Of a stretch of DNA of 64,000 bases, positions 61,400-64,000 are shown one piece after another (position 1 is the stretch's first letter; each line of letters begins with the position of its first letter). This stretch comes from Eledone cirrhosa. Lineage: Eukaryota. The DNA lies in assembly GCA_964016885.1 (NCBI GenBank), contig OZ024745.1:62372001-62436000 (forward strand). The letters are read 5' to 3'. The translations under genes were made by a program, and so were the position numbers. Under the pieces are notes generated by a model. The model did not search any database. It saw nothing but the letters and a program-made list of their open reading frames with translations, and was not told the origin of the DNA.

Positions 61400-62585
61400 T
61401 ATGACCCAAATGCAAAGTATGGGTGCATAAAGGATGTAGTGGGATCATAGGTAAGCTAGCTAAGAATGTAGATTTTATATGTGGCCGGTGCTCAGGTCAA
61501 TAAATAGTAATTTCTCACAGGATACTAGCTCCTTCTATTGCCCAGATGGCTCTATAGAAATAGTGGACATCTTCTGTTACCTGGGTGACAAAATTAGCAG
61601 TGGTGGAGGGTGCTCAGAAAGTACAGTAGCCAGATTCAGAACGGGGATGGAAAAAGTTCAGATAGCTTATACCACTATTGGTCGCTGAAGGTGTCTCTCT
61701 AAAAATGAAAGGCAGACTGTATGATGCCTGCATACGAACAGCTATGTTACATGGCAGTGAGACATGGGCATTGCGTGCAGAGGATCTGCGCAGACTGGAG
61801 AGGAACGAAGTATGCATGCTCCGCTGGATATGTAATAGTAATATACGTGAACAGCAAAGCATAAATGAACTAAGGGACAAATTAGGTATAAGATGGATCA
61901 GATGCTGTTTACTCGAGAGAAAACTACGTTGGTATGGTCACGTGATGTGCATGAAATATGACAGCTGTATAAAAAGGTGCAGGGTGATCAAAATTGACGG
62001 AAGTTACGGAGTAGGTAGACCCAGAAAAACCTGGGACGATTTGATAAATTCCGACCTTATACACTTACATCTCTCTAAGACAATGTCACTGGACCGAGAT
62101 CTTTGGCGCTACGCAGTAATACAGAAAACCCGCCTTGCCTAAGTACAAAGCGAAACCTACAGTCAGTAGGCACCTCTTAATCATTAAACACCCCCATCCC
62201 ACTACCCCAACTACACACCCCACCACACCCCCATCAACACCCCTCCTTTCTCTGTAAATTTATGTTGGTACCACAACATCCAGTCCTAAATAAACGAGGT
62301 CGTGTAGGTGTCATCACAAAAAAGAAAAACACACACACACACACACACACAGTCCACGCTGTAATGTGGCCATGTAGGTAACACGGTAAAAATCTCCCAG
62401 TCCACGCTGTAAAAATGGTTGGTATTAGGAAGGGCATCCAATCGTAGAAAACATGCCAGACAGTCCCATACGAGCGAGACGACGAATCCTGCCTCAAGTG
62501 GGACAATTCCCGTCTAAACCCATGCTAGCGTGGAAGATAGACATTAAATAATGATGAATATGATGATGATGATGATGATGATGAT
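61400..62585 (+). mobile_element. RTE-clade LINE 3' fragment
   Basis: FCYLGDKISSGGGC, MLHGSETW, KLRWYGHV and GRPRKTW. The 3' UTR ends in (GAT)n. Confidence 0.88.
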
Positions 62586-62776
62586 ATGAAAATGTTTAAC
62601 CCCAACGGCAGAGCTCAAGCCGTTTCGACGGCTATTTCAGTCCAGAAATAGCCGTCGAAATGGCTTGAGCTGTGTCGTCGGGGTTAAACATTTTCATATT
62701 ACCCACTCTACTACCGTAAGTATTGAGTACTCTGGTGCGTTATGGTCCATCTGGTTCCTTACCACACTTCCTTCGT

Positions 62777-62777
<1 letters not shown>
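62584..62777. mobile_element. Short fold-back insertion of the Neptune-like terminal repeat (opposite orientation)
   Basis: Apex agtcca at 62639-62644. The long end is cttcgtt next to (TA)n. Confidence 0.85.
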
Positions 62778-62821
<44 letters not shown>

Positions 62822-62824
<3 letters not shown>

Positions 62825-63703
62825 TGAACATAGACCGAGAAAGAGGAATGTCCATCATCAATAGTCTGCTGAATATCATTGGTATTTCTTCGCATTAAAG
62901 ACTAGATACCTAAAATCAGTGCGAGCGATGACTATATTAAGTTATTGGGACAGAGGAAAGTAAACGAACAACATGGTAGTAATGCAACGTAAAGAGAGGA
63001 AGAAAGAGACAAATCAATGAATCTTGTGGGCTTAAATACGAAAAATCAAATGACGAGAAGAGACAGACACATCCGAGCCACACGATAAGTAAGAGAGGAA
63101 AGAATTTCACGCAGGTCACACAGGAGGAAGTGTGAGAGGAGGAGTCGCAGAGAGTGAGTGAGTGAAAGTGTGAGGAAGGGGCCAGCCGAGAGTGTTTGAC
63201 CAGCAGCGGGGGTGGAAGAAAGCAAGAGGTAAAGGAGAGAGAGTGTGAGGAAGGGGCGAGCCGAGAGTGTGTGACCAGCAACAAGGGTGGAAGAAAGCAA
63301 GAGGTAAAGGAGAGAGAAGGGGGAGATAGAATGAGTATAGCAGTAAGGCGACAGAAAAAATACGAACCACGGCGAAGGGAAAAATATATTAGAATGAAAA
63401 ATGGCGCGCTGCGTTGTTGCGAATATGAACATATGAATGAAAATAGACCGAGAAACAGGAATGTCCATCATCAGTAGCCTGCTGATCATCATTGGTATTA
63501 CTTCGCATTAAAGACTAGATACCTAAAACAGTGCGAGCGATAACTAAATTAAGTTATCGGGACAGAGGAAAGTAAACAAACAACATGGTAGTAATGCAAC
63601 GTAAAGAGAGGAAAAGAGAGAATCGTGTGGGCTTAAGGCCGACAAATTAAATGACGAGAAGATACAGACACATCCGAGCCACACGAAAAGTGAGAGAGGA
63701 AAG
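62822..63703 (-). repeat. Partial tandem non-coding element (~610-bp period) with degenerate HHR core
   Basis: 62822-63102 is repeated at ~63432-63703, with an internal ~75-bp duplication. Shares gctcgcac..gtctttaa.gcga..aataccaatgat..tgatga.ggac with 38541-39340. Confidence 0.7.
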
Positions 63704-63739
63704 ATATATATATATAATAAGAAAATGCGAAGTAGTTTT

Positions 63740-64000
63740 AGATGTTAAAGTCCTTTATTGATAATGCTGTGATACATATTTCAATGATGACAGTGGCCAC
63801 TCGGTTCCCTTGTCATATGTAAGAGAACGAGCAAAGGATTCAAGAACTTCCGGTTTGTCCGTCCCTTGTTTAAATTTGGATTGCCTCGGGAACGTAATCT
63901 TATTATGTAAGAAGCTGTCTGACGATGTCAGGGCACTGGGTACACGGAATGGTCATTGAAATATGTATCACAGTATTTTCATTAAAGGACTTTAACATCT
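63740..64000. mobile_element. Inverted-repeat element running off the window, with HHR-like motif at 63915-63973 (+)
   Basis: 63740-63787 is the reverse complement of 63953-64000. CTGT-CTGACGA..GAA-ATATGTAT-C-ACAG, with irregular stem II. Confidence 0.55.

Overview
This is eukaryotic, AT-rich, repeat-saturated DNA in which I could not find a host gene. The tRNA-derived SINE with a Nin-type core, the long (TA)n/(CA)n tracts and the retroelement mix suggest an octopod cephalopod (inference). Most ORF-track entries are microsatellite artefacts. The identifiable content is mobile DNA: several Penelope-like element (PLE; RT plus C-terminal GIY-YIG) families, RTE LINEs, R4/Dong 3' ends in (TAA)n, a CRE-like fragment, a deleted mariner, a piggyBac-type MITE and SINEs. 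Three patterns stand out. (1) About ten unrelated repeat families carry intact or degenerate type-I hammerhead ribozyme (HHR) motifs, including a non-coding 522-bp tandem repeat with one HHR per unit (retrozyme-like, with covariation support). (2) Insertions in (TA)n from six families share a tail-out palindromic architecture with one short and one long 3' end, which recur at independent loci in the multi-copy families. (3) In many short insertions the fold-back apex lies at the HHR core or stem II. All folds and alignments were done by eye; none were computed.
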